A stretch of 64,000 bases of DNA from an uncultured Pseudomonadota bacterium (GTDB taxonomy: Bacteria; Vulcanimicrobiota; Vulcanimicrobiia; Eremiobacterales; Eremiobacteraceae): assembly GCA_963736005.1 (NCBI GenBank), contig CAVTNB010000001.1, positions 160,001-224,000 on the forward strand, read 5' to 3'. The position numbers were made by a program, and so were the translations under genes. This document shows, in pieces, positions 27,423-38,482 of the stretch (the first letter of the stretch is position 1; each line of letters opens with the position of its first letter). The notes beneath the pieces are model-generated. The model was not told where the DNA came from. It was given only the letters and a program-made list of their open reading frames with translations, and did not search any database.

Positions 27423-28574
27423 ATGAGCCTTTCCGCACGGGCTGTCGTGCCCGTCCGCACGCCTCTCGACCGGAGTCTTTTCCCCGTCGCCCAAAGGTGG
27501 GCATACTGCAATCACGCTGCTGTGGGGCCACTGCCACGGCCCACGCGCGATGCGGTCGCTGCCGTGCTCGATGCGCAAATGAACGATGGCTCTGCTGGTA
27601 TCTTAGACGTTGAATCGCATCTCGAGCTCGTGCGGGCAGAAACAGCCGCCGCAATTGGTGCCAGAACCGATGAGGTTGCCTTTCTGCGCTCGACGTCGGA
27701 TGGCGCGCTTGTCGTTGCCAATGGACTCCAGTGGCATGAGGGTGACGAGATCATCCTGCCCGATTCTGAATTCGGCGCCAACGCATACCCATGGCTCAAT
27801 CTGCGCTATCGAGGAGTGCGTACGCGTTTTGTGCGCTCGCCGCAGCGCATGACGGTCGACGTGCTGGAGAAACTCAAAACGCGGCGTACGAGGCTCGTGG
27901 CAGTTTCCTACGTCGGCTTCCTGGACGGCTATCGCCACGATCTGCGCGCAATCGGTACGTGGTGCCGCGAAAACGGGATCCTCTTCGCGGTGGACGCCAT
28001 GCAAGGTTTTGGCCACCTGCCGCTGGATGTCTCGGGCTGGCATATAGATTTTTCCTACTTCGGCACCGCCAAGTGGCTCCTCTCGCCGCAAGGACTCTCC
28101 ATCGTCTACGTGAGCCGCGAGGTCGTTGACTCGTTGCTGCCAACGCATTACTCGTGGCGATCCGTGCGCGAGCCTATGGTCTTTCTTGACTACGCGCAAG
28201 AGCTCGCTCCCGGCGCACGACGCTTGGAGGGCGGCACGGTCAACTACCCAGGCCTCATTGGTTTTCGCGAAAGCCTGCGATTGATGCGCGAAGCATCATT
28301 TGAGGCAATCGAGAGTCACGTGCTCGGCTTATGTGACCATCTCATCAACGGTGCGCGCGAACGTGGAATCGCCGTGCTCAGCGATGTGGGCCAGCAGCAC
28401 CGCTCTGGTATCGTTCTCCTGGGTCTGGGCGCGCGAAAAGTGGATGCGCTGCACGCGAAGGCTCTGGCTTCGAAAGTGGGAATCACGGTGCGCGATAGTG
28501 GCGTGCGAGTGTCTCCGCATGGCTACAATACCCTTGCCGATATCGATGCGGTTCTCAACATCATGGCGTCATAA
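27423..28574 (+). CDS. Class V PLP-dependent aminotransferase / cysteine desulfurase-like enzyme
   Basis: YCNHAAVGP, VDAMQG, GTAKWLLSPQG (PLP lysine), LEGGT and RVSPHGYN motifs. Confidence 0.85.
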   Translation: MSLSARAVVPVRTPLDRSLFPVAQRWAYCNHAAVGPLPRPTRDAVAAVLDAQMNDGSAGILDVESHLELVRAETAAAIGARTDEVAFLRSTSDGALVVANGLQWHEGDEIILPDSEFGANAYPWLNLRYRGVRTRFVRSPQRMTVDVLEKLKTRRTRLVAVSYVGFLDGYRHDLRAIGTWCRENGILFAVDAMQGFGHLPLDVSGWHIDFSYFGTAKWLLSPQGLSIVYVSREVVDSLLPTHYSWRSVREPMVFLDYAQELAPGARRLEGGTVNYPGLIGFRESLRLMREASFEAIESHVLGLCDHLINGARERGIAVLSDVGQQHRSGIVLLGLGARKVDALHAKALASKVGITVRDSGVRVSPHGYNTLADIDAVLNIMAS

Positions 28575-29281
28575 TGGAAAAAACTCGTCGCACGGATGAC
28601 GCGAAGGAAACTCGATCGCGTCATGACGCTGCCTGGGGAAGTAGGGCGAGCGGAGAGGCTCGCTGGCCCGCTCAAGTGGCGGTCATTGTCGCGGTCTTGC
28701 TCTACATCACGCTGCCCGCCAAACTCACGTTTGGACCTGTTTGGCTCATCCCAGCGCTCGAGCTCGCGCTGTTGTTGCCGCTTTTGGTCACAGATCCGCG
28801 AAGGATGCGCGTCGTTCCAAGTTGGCGACGCATGACGGCGATCGCACTCATCTGCGTCATCAACCTTGCGAACATCGCTTCGCTCGGCCTGCTGGTCCAC
28901 GAATTGTTGACTGGGAAGAGTCCTCTGATGGGCAGCCAGCTCCTGAAAGGGGCGGTCCAGATTTGGCTGACCAACATCATCGTCTTTGCGCTGTGGTATT
29001 GGGAGCTCGACCGGGGTGGCCCGGACGCGCGCATGAGCGCCGAGCATAGCCAGCCCGATTTTCTTTTTCCGCAAATGGTCACGCCTGCCAGCGCACCGCC
29101 CGGGTGGGCTCCAAAGTTCGTCGACTACCTCTTCGTCTCGTTTACGAATGCGAGTGCCTTCAGCCCGACCGACACGATGCCGCTCACCGCGTGGGCAAAA
29201 ATGTTGTTCTTGGTTCAGGCCTTGACGTCACTGCTCACCGTCGCTTTGGTCGCAGCGCGCGCGGTGAATATTCTCTCCTAG
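28574..29281 (+). CDS. DUF1345-like membrane protein
   Basis: Several TM helices. WYWELDRGGP, DFLFPQ and FVDYLFVSFTNASAFSPTD motifs. Confidence 0.7.
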   Translation: MEKTRRTDDAKETRSRHDAAWGSRASGEARWPAQVAVIVAVLLYITLPAKLTFGPVWLIPALELALLLPLLVTDPRRMRVVPSWRRMTAIALICVINLANIASLGLLVHELLTGKSPLMGSQLLKGAVQIWLTNIIVFALWYWELDRGGPDARMSAEHSQPDFLFPQMVTPASAPPGWAPKFVDYLFVSFTNASAFSPTDTMPLTAWAKMLFLVQALTSLLTVALVAARAVNILS

Positions 29282-29290
29282 GCGCCGCCC

Positions 29291-30739
29291 CTAATACCCA
29301 GTGTCCGATTGCGCGCAAGGCACCATGATGGCCTCGCTCATGCCGTGGATGAGGCGCTTGTCCGCTGGGACGACGGTGGCCAGGACTCCGGACAGTAAGG
29401 CTTCGTCTCCCGCAACAAAATAGTAAGGGCAGAGTCGCACCCGGCCATCCATGGTGCGCACCGTATTGGTCGGAAGATCGAGATAGTCCGCGCTCACCCG
29501 TCGCGCTTTGTGATAGCGCTGCAGCACTTGCGGACTCTTGTCGAACATCGCCAAGCCACCGTCGATGACGGCCATCCATTCATCGTGCGTGAGGTCGTTG
29601 GCAATGTAGACGCCGCGGCTACCCCACGCAAGCGGCGAGAACCCCGAGGGTTTAACCACAAACTGGCGCTCAGATTTTGAAAGCTTGTAGAGCTCGCGCC
29701 AACTTCCTACTGGCCGTCCGTCGACGTTCAGGTCGACGATCACGGCCTGCGGCGGCAGCGGATTTGGGTCAAGCACCCACGTTTGCGGCAGCAATCGCAA
29801 GAGCCGCTCGAAAACGTCAACTCCAAGTTCGTTGCGCCACTGTTCGTACAGACTCGGGTTATGAAGCAGCGCGAAAATGAGCTTCTCCTCGAGAAACGCT
29901 TTGGGAGGCGGCGTCATCACCACACGCTTGTGTCGCGCGGCGTACAGCATGAGCTCTTGCTTCGGCACGTTGAGCAAATCAAAAAGTTCGAAGTTCCGAT
30001 ATAAGAGGTCGACTCTCCGGCGCCCGTCGGGTGTATCGACCACGAGGGCCTCTTCCGTGAAGACGACATCTTCGGGTTTGACCGCCACGGCGAACGCCAG
30101 CCCATTTGCGCGCAAAGCGTCGGCGAGCCACGCCATTTCGCCGCGATAGTCGTCTGATTCGGTTGAGACGACAATGGCGATCGTCGGTTGTTCCTTGCCG
30201 CAGAGCGACTGCGCCATTTTGGCGAAGCCCGCAACGATGCCATCATACTCGCCGACTTGGTCGAAGCCGAGCTCGCAATACACGGCACCCATCGCGCCCA
30301 CAAAGCCCATGCCACCCGGAATGGAGTCAAGCTCCGAGGCGATCATGCCGTCATCGGTGAGGATAATGTCCGGACGAATAATGCCAGGGACTTCACTCTT
30401 GAACCGGTTTTGGCGTTCGAGGCGGACGATGTGCTCCGGCTTGCCGAGATCCAAGTAGCGGTGGAAAAACTCCGGAGCGGTCCCGCGCACGCTCATGAAA
30501 TAGAGTCGATTGACTGCGCGATAGAGCTTGAGCAAATCGCCGCCAAGCGTCTGCAACTTTGCAACCGTTGCGGGCGCCAGGCCAAAGGGTTGCGGCGAGA
30601 CTCGCCAGGCGACACTCTTGGCGTCGGCTTCTTGCAGCCCAGCGACGCTGCGAAAAAGATTTGGGGCGAGGTGATCGTGGACGAAACGAGCGCGATCGAG
30701 GGGTGTATCTTGGGGGCGAAGCTTAGCGCTGCAAGCCAT
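29291..30739 (-). CDS. Uncharacterised ATP-grasp-like (glutathionylspermidine synthase-like) protein
   Basis: IRPDIILT...SELDSIPGG, LEEK, VVKPSGFS...WGSRGV, VLQRY and RVRLCPY resemble ATP-grasp ligase motifs. Confidence 0.6.
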   Translation of the reverse strand: MACSAKLRPQDTPLDRARFVHDHLAPNLFRSVAGLQEADAKSVAWRVSPQPFGLAPATVAKLQTLGGDLLKLYRAVNRLYFMSVRGTAPEFFHRYLDLGKPEHIVRLERQNRFKSEVPGIIRPDIILTDDGMIASELDSIPGGMGFVGAMGAVYCELGFDQVGEYDGIVAGFAKMAQSLCGKEQPTIAIVVSTESDDYRGEMAWLADALRANGLAFAVAVKPEDVVFTEEALVVDTPDGRRRVDLLYRNFELFDLLNVPKQELMLYAARHKRVVMTPPPKAFLEEKLIFALLHNPSLYEQWRNELGVDVFERLLRLLPQTWVLDPNPLPPQAVIVDLNVDGRPVGSWRELYKLSKSERQFVVKPSGFSPLAWGSRGVYIANDLTHDEWMAVIDGGLAMFDKSPQVLQRYHKARRVSADYLDLPTNTVRTMDGRVRLCPYYFVAGDEALLSGVLATVVPADKRLIHGMSEAIMVPCAQSDTGY

Positions 30740-30918
30740 GTGAGTCTTAGAGGCCTCCGCCGTAGGAAAAAGTCAAGCGTCGACACGCCGGTGGAATCTT
30801 CGGCATGGAGAGCAGCCGATACAAGTGCCGAACCATAGCCTGCCCCTTCGATTGACGTTGCGAGCGAGCCTTTGAGCCCCAGGCCGGTGCTTGCGCAAGC
30901 GAGAACGAGGAGTTGGCG

Positions 30919-31847
30919 ATGTGTGCCACATCAACGGTTGTCCTCGCGCGCTCGCTCACCAAACGGTACGGAGCAATCGAGGCCGTCCGAGGGGTTGATT
31001 TTTCCATCGAGGCTGGCGAGTGCTTCGGGTTCCTTGGCGTCAATGGCGCGGGTAAGACCACCACGATGAAGATGATCTATTGCCGCATCGCTCGCACGTC
31101 GGGCGAGCTGCTCGTGCTCGGGATGGATACCTCGCGGGACGCGCTTGGGATCAAAGCGCGATTGGGCGTCGTCGCGCAAGAAAACGCCTTGGACCCCGAA
31201 CTCACGGTGATCGAAAACCTGCTCCTGTATGCCTCGTTTTTTGGGATCACTGGAGAAAGAGCGTACAAACGCGCTGCGCAGCTGCTTGAGCTCCTGAGTC
31301 TGGGCGGGAAAGAGAAGGCGCAGGTCAAGGAATTGTCCGGCGGCATGAAGCGCAGACTCGTGATCGCGCGAGCGCTCGTGAACGATCCAGATATTCTCGT
31401 GCTCGACGAGCCGACGACTGGGCTCGATCCGCAAGCGCGCTTGCTGGTTTGGGAGAAGCTGACCAGTTTGCGCAAGCAGGCCTGACGCTCTTGTTGACCA
31501 CGCACTATATGGAAGAAGCAGCGCGGCTTTGCAATCGCGTCGCCATCATCGACGAAGGGAAGATTCTCGCGCAGGGAACCCCCGAGCAGCTTATCGCCCA
31601 GTTCGCTGCAGCCGACGTGTTGGAAATTATCGATCCCGCGGCGCGCCTACCCGTCGATGGTCAGCTTGATGGACTCATCGTGCGTCGCGAGCGGTATGGC
31701 GAAGTCCATTACCTTTTCAACCACGATAATAGGGTGTTGCTGCATCGCATGAACGAGCTCGGCTTCGATCCACCTCGACACGTCGCGCGTCGGGCCACCC
31801 TCGAAGATGTTTTTCTTAACATGACCGGGAGGGAGTTGGTCGAGTGA
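30919..31847 (+). pseudogene. NodI/DrrA-like ABC exporter ATP-binding protein, split by a 1-nt frameshift at about 31479
   Basis: GVNGAGKTT, LSGGMKRR and LDEPTTGLDP in 30913..31485. GLTLLLTTHYMEEA continues in 31449..31847. One extra G in CAGG^CCTG restores KQGLTLL. Confidence 0.85.
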
Positions 31848-32620
31848 ATCCTGTTGCCGCCTTCTTTCGCCCCAACACGTGGCGCGTTTTCCGGCGCAAT
31901 TTCTATGCTTGGCAGAAGTATGCTTGGTCGAGCGTGGCAATCAACATCGTCGAGCCATTCGCGTATTTTCTCGCGCTTGGTTTCGGACTGGGAGCGTATT
32001 TCAAGGTGTCCGGTTACGGCTCGCTCGTGCAATTCATGGCACCGGGGTTCCTCGGTCTTACGGCGCTGAACACGGCCACCTTTGATGCCGCGTGGGGTTG
32101 TTTCGAACGGCGAGTCTTCAACGGAGTATACGAATCGATGGTCACCGCTCCCGTCGATCCGCTTGAAATCGCCGCTGGCGAATATCTCTGGCAGGCGTTC
32201 CGGGCGGCGCTGTATGGTTCGCTTTTCCTGGCAGTCATTGCGGGCTTTGGTCTCGTGCATTCCTATTGGGCCCTGTTGTGCCCGCTCGTGTTAGCGCTTA
32301 CCGGCATTGTGTGCGCTATCCCCGCGCTGTTTGTTTCGTTCGTGGTGAACACGCAAGAGCACTTGTTCTATTATTTCTCCTTCGTTGCGACTCCGACGGT
32401 GATGATCTCGGGCATTTTCTTTCCCTTGGATAAGTTTCCGCATTGGGCTCTTGCCATTGCTTGGATGACGCCGCTCTATCATGCGGTGATCGTGTTTCGA
32501 GCGCTTGCCATGGGGACGGTCTCCCCCCAAACGGGCCTCGAGGTGCTCTGGCTTCTTGCAGCGATCGTGCTCCTTGCATTCCTGCCCGTCAGGTCAGTGC
32601 GGTCGCGGCTCGGGAATTGA
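31844..32620 (+). CDS. ABC-2 type permease (NodJ-like)
   Basis: About 6 TM segments. EPFAYFLALGFGLG, FMAPG, SGIFFP and TPLYHAV motifs. Confidence 0.85.
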   Translation: MNPVAAFFRPNTWRVFRRNFYAWQKYAWSSVAINIVEPFAYFLALGFGLGAYFKVSGYGSLVQFMAPGFLGLTALNTATFDAAWGCFERRVFNGVYESMVTAPVDPLEIAAGEYLWQAFRAALYGSLFLAVIAGFGLVHSYWALLCPLVLALTGIVCAIPALFVSFVVNTQEHLFYYFSFVATPTVMISGIFFPLDKFPHWALAIAWMTPLYHAVIVFRALAMGTVSPQTGLEVLWLLAAIVLLAFLPVRSVRSRLGN

Positions 32621-32649
32621 AGGTCCGTAGCTACAAGGTCCGCTGCTCC
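32621..32649 (-). repeat. Two tandem half-copies of family A
   Basis: AGGTCCGTAGCTACA followed by AGGTCCGCTGCTCC, each a right arm plus GCTAC-like tail without the left arm. Confidence 0.6.
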
Positions 32650-32705
32650 ATGGGGTGGAAACGACGAAAATCGTTTCGGGCATCCGTGCTTTTACGGAGG
32701 CGACA

Positions 32706-32906
32706 ATGCTCGTTTTGACGCGCAAGGTCAATCAAGAGATCATCATCGGCGATGACATTCGAATTACTGTCGTCTCCGTTGGCAGCGATCAAGTCAAGCT
32801 TGGAATAACCGCCCCTCGTTCGATTCCCGTTCATCGCTCGGAGATTTATAAAGAACGCCAGACGATCGCTCTGGCAGCTGCCGCAGTCCCCAAGCCGGCC
32901 TCTTAG
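32706..32906 (+). CDS. csrA: Carbon storage regulator CsrA
   Basis: [23 protein letters not shown]...[27 protein letters not shown]. Confidence 0.95.
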   Translation: MLVLTRKVNQEIIIGDDIRITVVSVGSDQVKLGITAPRSIPVHRSEIYKERQTIALAAAAVPKPAS

Positions 32907-32909
32907 AGG

Positions 32910-33578
32910 TCAGCGCTCGCCGAGAATTGCCCGAAGCGTCGAAAGCAACGCGACTGCGGCTTCGTCGCGTTCGCGCCGAAGCTGCTCGTCAAGCGCCGCG
33001 CCCGGTCGCACCTGCCACGCGCAAGCAAGCGCACTATGCCGATACGCGGCAAGCACGCTGTTGAGTGCTTGTTGCGTGGGCACGGTGGCTCCGGTTATCC
33101 GCTGCGGCAAACAGAGCGCGCTCACGATTCTGGGAAGTGCACTTTCGAACTCGCCGCTCGCGATTGCATCGCACAAAGATAGGTCAGCCGGCGAAAGGGT
33201 CGCTTCAAGAGCCGCTCCTTGGCCCCCTAAGGATTGCGTCCGTCCGACAACATCTTTGGTGGGTGGAAAGAGTCGTGCTGCGATCGCGCGGGAAGCGTCA
33301 TCTGCCGGATAGCACGCGAGTGCTACCTGCAAGGAATCGTGGTCGATAGGTCCGCTCCAGCCGATGTGGCCAAGGTGCACGTCTTCGATTGGTCGCCACA
33401 AAACCGCGCCACCGAAGCCGGTGCTCGAAGGGGCACCAACCTCGCTCTCCACAAGTTCGTCGTCGTCGCTGGTGAGAATTTCGTCAGTTATCCGCTCGTC
33501 AAATGGCACGCTCGAGCTCTTGCGTCGTGCAGCCAGGAGCAGCATGTCAGCGGGGAGGTTGCGACGTCGTTGGTTCAC
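32910..33578 (-). CDS. Hypothetical protein translationally coupled to the ExeA-like ATPase
   Basis: GTG 33578 overlaps the ATPase TGA (GTGA) and is preceded by GGAGG. No recognisable motif. Confidence 0.55.
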   Translation of the reverse strand: MNQRRRNLPADMLLLAARRKSSSVPFDERITDEILTSDDDELVESEVGAPSSTGFGGAVLWRPIEDVHLGHIGWSGPIDHDSLQVALACYPADDASRAIAARLFPPTKDVVGRTQSLGGQGAALEATLSPADLSLCDAIASGEFESALPRIVSALCLPQRITGATVPTQQALNSVLAAYRHSALACAWQVRPGAALDEQLRRERDEAAVALLSTLRAILGER

Positions 33579-34468
33579 GATGCACGCCTCCACCATTGCC
33601 ACCACGGTGGCGCAGCCATTGCAGTCGTGCGCGGGGCAACCGACACGTGGGATGGGCTCGCCGGTACGACTCTTGCCTGCGCTGCATCGACGTCCACCAG
33701 TGTGACCGCGCGCTGCGAGCGCTCGGCCGCCACTTCTAACGCCTCACGGGCTAACGTGATGAGACGACGGGGGACGCCTTTGCTTTGCAGCCACAGTGCA
33801 TGGAGCGCATCATCGTCAAATGGGGAGCGCCCTCCGGCATAACCTGCCTGCCTCAACCGATGCTCGATCAAACCCGTCGATTCTGATTCACGCAGCGGTG
33901 CAAGCTCGAGCCAGAAAGCCACGCGATCGGAAAAGTTCGGTCGCCGCAGGATTGCGTCCGCGAGTTCCAGCTGACCGGAGAGGGCGATCGCAAGCAGCTT
34001 GCGTTCGTCAAGCTGGTAGTTCAAAAGAGAGCGAAGCGTCTCGAGCATCGATTCGGGAAGCAGCTGTGCTTCGTCGATCAGCAGGATAGGCTGTTTGTGC
34101 GATGCGGCATCGAACAACGAGCGCTTCAGCGACTCTTTCATGTCGCGCAGCGACGCGTCTGGATCGAACTCAAAGCCAAAGCAGTCAGCGATGGTCGTGA
34201 GCAGCTCCGCTTCGCTCGCAAACGTGGGATCGAGGATCAAGCCAACGAGATTGCGCTCGTCAGCGTACAGCTCACTTGCTGCCGCGTTAAAGAGCGTGGT
34301 CTTCCCCGCGCCGATAGCTCCAACGACGACCGCCAGGCCGCGACCGCTGCCAAGACACTCAACAAGGCGCCTGCGCCCGTGTGCGCCTGGCATCGTATCG
34401 TAAAAGAACGCGGGATCCGCCGTATCCAAGAAGGGCTCACGCGAAAGCCCAAAGGTTTCGAGGAACAT
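33575..34468 (-). CDS. ExeA/GspA-like AAA ATPase (no peptidoglycan-binding domain)
   Basis: FGLSREPF N-terminus, Walker A GAIGAGKTT, Walker B LLIDEAQ, LSGQ and SKGVPRRL motifs. Confidence 0.85.
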   Translation of the reverse strand: MFLETFGLSREPFLDTADPAFFYDTMPGAHGRRRLVECLGSGRGLAVVVGAIGAGKTTLFNAAASELYADERNLVGLILDPTFASEAELLTTIADCFGFEFDPDASLRDMKESLKRSLFDAASHKQPILLIDEAQLLPESMLETLRSLLNYQLDERKLLAIALSGQLELADAILRRPNFSDRVAFWLELAPLRESESTGLIEHRLRQAGYAGGRSPFDDDALHALWLQSKGVPRRLITLAREALEVAAERSQRAVTLVDVDAAQARVVPASPSHVSVAPRTTAMAAPPWWQWWRRAS

Positions 34469-34523
34469 CGCAATCGCCGGGTTCAAGCGCCCCTCTGGCG
34501 CCCCCTGGAACGGTTCAATGGAA

Positions 34524-34553
34524 TTGCACGCCCAGGCGGCACCATGGTATAAT
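34524..34553 (+). promoter_or_regulatory. Sigma70-type promoter of the rpsB operon
   Basis: TTGCAC-N18-TATAAT with an extended -10 (TGgTATAAT), about 165 nt upstream of rpsB. Confidence 0.75.
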
Positions 34554-34626
34554 GTTGGAGCGCAAGTTTAGGGCAATTCGGCGCAGGCGGAGGCGGTGCT
34601 TCCGCCCTCTGTGTGTCAAGCGGACG

Positions 34627-34651
34627 AGCGGACCTAAAGGTCCGCTGCTAC
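34627..34651 (-). repeat. Family A palindrome inside the rpsB 5' leader
   Basis: AGCGGACCT-AA-AGGTCCGCT-GCTAC. Confidence 0.8.
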
Positions 34652-34718
34652 ATCTCCGATGACGCACGCGGCCCTAGTAATGCAGCAAGCCTGTGGGCTT
34701 CGCTGCAGAAAGGCAAAC

Positions 34719-35492
34719 ATGGCAACGTCAAGCTCCATCATTTCGATGAAGCAGCTCCTCGAAGCTGGGGTGCACTTCGGTCACCAGACTCGTCGTTGGA
34801 ATCCAAAGATGGCGCGCTACATCTTTCAAGAGCGCAACGGCATCTACATCATCGATCTCCAGAAAACCGTCATTAAGCTCCGTGAAGTGTATGAGGCCGT
34901 CAAAGAATTGTCGCGTCGCGGCAAGATTTTCTTATTCGTCGGCACCAAGAAGCAAGCGCAAGAGGTCGTTCGCGAAGAGGCCGAGCGCTGTGGCATGTTT
35001 TTTGTCAATCAACGCTGGCTCGGCGGCACGCTCACAAACTTTCAAACCATGCAAAAACGCATTGCGCGTTTGCGCGAGCTCGAGCGCCAGCGCGACACCG
35101 GCGTGTTCGACGCGCTCACGAAGAAAGAAGTCAGCAAGCTTGAAGACGAGCTGGCACGTCTCGAGCGTTTCCTCGGCGGCATCAAAGACATGCCCCGGTT
35201 GCCCGATGCGATCTACATTGTGGATCCGCGCAAAGAGCGCATTGCGGTTTTGGAAGCGCGCAAGCTCAAGATCCCGATCGTCGCCGTTATCGACACGAAT
35301 TGCGACCCCGACGAAATCGATTTTCCCATTCCCGGCAACGACGACGCGATTCGCGCAGTCAAACTCATGACCGGGAAGATTGCCGACGCAATCATCGAGG
35401 GTCGAACCGAAGCGCAATCCGGAGTCGAGGCAGATCGATCGGCAGCGCCGGAAGCGGCGAGCGAAGAGCCGACGCAAGCGGCGGGATTGTAG
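34719..35492 (+). CDS. rpsB: 30S ribosomal protein S2
   Basis: [38 protein letters not shown] and PGNDDAIRA motifs. Confidence 0.97.
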   Translation: MATSSSIISMKQLLEAGVHFGHQTRRWNPKMARYIFQERNGIYIIDLQKTVIKLREVYEAVKELSRRGKIFLFVGTKKQAQEVVREEAERCGMFFVNQRWLGGTLTNFQTMQKRIARLRELERQRDTGVFDALTKKEVSKLEDELARLERFLGGIKDMPRLPDAIYIVDPRKERIAVLEARKLKIPIVAVIDTNCDPDEIDFPIPGNDDAIRAVKLMTGKIADAIIEGRTEAQSGVEADRSAAPEAASEEPTQAAGL

Positions 35493-35513
35493 CGGGCGAC
35501 TGTAAAGTCGCCC
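35489..35513 (+). repeat. Family C GTAG-palindrome overlapping the rpsB stop codon
   Basis: GTAGC-GGGCGACT-GTAA-AGTCGCCC, perfect 8-bp arms. Confidence 0.85.
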
Positions 35514-35563
35514 AGAGATGTCACAGGGAACAGTAGTCTCGCGAGGAAACGGAACACTCTGAA

Positions 35564-37413
<1,850 letters not shown>

Positions 37414-37417
<4 letters not shown>

Positions 37418-37626
37418 GCGTGCCCGACCTGGGCCAAGAAGAACTCCTCCTGCTTCCGTATACCCGTGCCATTGAAGCGCTTGCCGGGCGCAACGTCACG
37501 CTGCGGGTGGTCGCTCCGCCATACGCTGCGCTTGGTCGCGGCGCGCTGCACATCGTGCGCGTGACCCACGATGCAGACGCCGTTCTTCTCGAAGCAACCT
37601 ACGACGACTACGAACGGTTGCCATGA
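37414..37626 (+). CDS. Small hypothetical protein (70 aa) between frr and cdsA
   Basis: GTGA and ATGA overlaps couple it to both neighbours. GGAGG upstream. Confidence 0.6.
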
Positions 37627-38474
37627 ATTCCGCCGGCACCCTCGAAAAAATCCCGACCGCCGAACGCTTCCGTCGCGAATTGACTGGCAAGCGCGTCGCC
37701 ATTGGAATTATTGTGGCGGTTGCTGGCATCGGATCAATTTTCAATCAGTATACGTTTGCAATCGTCATCGCAGCGATCACGCTGATCGGTTCGGTTGAGT
37801 TCTCGAACCTCGCCCGCCGAGCGGGTTGGCAGGTCTCCTTGCCGATTGCCCTGGCCGCGTGCGCTGCGTATCCTACTCTCGCCTTCTTTGGGCTCTTGGG
37901 CCGTTACGAATCCGCGCTCGTTGTGGGCATCGTCTTGGCGTCGTTTGTTGCCGCGCTGCCGGCAAACTCAAGCCTCTTTGATGGTCGCGTCGCAATGACG
38001 GTCCTTGGCTCCCTGTATCTCGGCAAGCTGCTCTCATACATGATTCTCTTGCGCGCCCTGCCGCACGGAGCGCGGCTCGTGCTCTGGCTTGTGATCATCG
38101 TGGTGCTGACAGACACGGTCGGTATGATTGCCGGTCTCGGCTTTGGACACCGTCCGCTTGCGCCGCGGCTTTCACCCGGTAAGAGTTGGGAGGGCGCCAT
38201 CGCCGCTCTTGTGGTGGCGAGCCTCGCGGGTTTTGCGTTGTGGTGGCCGCTCGGCGTGCCTGGTCCGTGGTGGATTGCGCTCGCCTTTCCGTTGTGCGTG
38301 TCAGTGGGCGCAGAATTTGGGGATCTCGTCGAGTCAGCAATCAAACGCAACGCCCAGGTGAAAGACTCCGGCCACGTGTTCGCTGGGCACGGCGGTGTGC
38401 TCGATCGGTTCGATTCCTACATCTTCGCTGGCGTCATCGGATACGCTCTGCTGCTGTTTGCCGGGGTGCGCTAA
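37623..38474 (+). CDS. cdsA: Phosphatidate cytidylyltransferase
   Basis: SPGKSWEG and GDLVESAIKRNAQVKDSG...GHGGVLDRFDS motifs. Confidence 0.92.
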   Translation: MNSAGTLEKIPTAERFRRELTGKRVAIGIIVAVAGIGSIFNQYTFAIVIAAITLIGSVEFSNLARRAGWQVSLPIALAACAAYPTLAFFGLLGRYESALVVGIVLASFVAALPANSSLFDGRVAMTVLGSLYLGKLLSYMILLRALPHGARLVLWLVIIVVLTDTVGMIAGLGFGHRPLAPRLSPGKSWEGAIAALVVASLAGFALWWPLGVPGPWWIALAFPLCVSVGAEFGDLVESAIKRNAQVKDSGHVFAGHGGVLDRFDSYIFAGVIGYALLLFAGVR

Positions 38475-38482
38475 CTCCTCTC

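Noticed and set aside
33575..34468. Transposon TniB/TnsC or IstB helper ATPase
   Set aside because: The FGLxxxPF N-terminus fits the ExeA family, and there is no adjacent transposase or terminal repeats.
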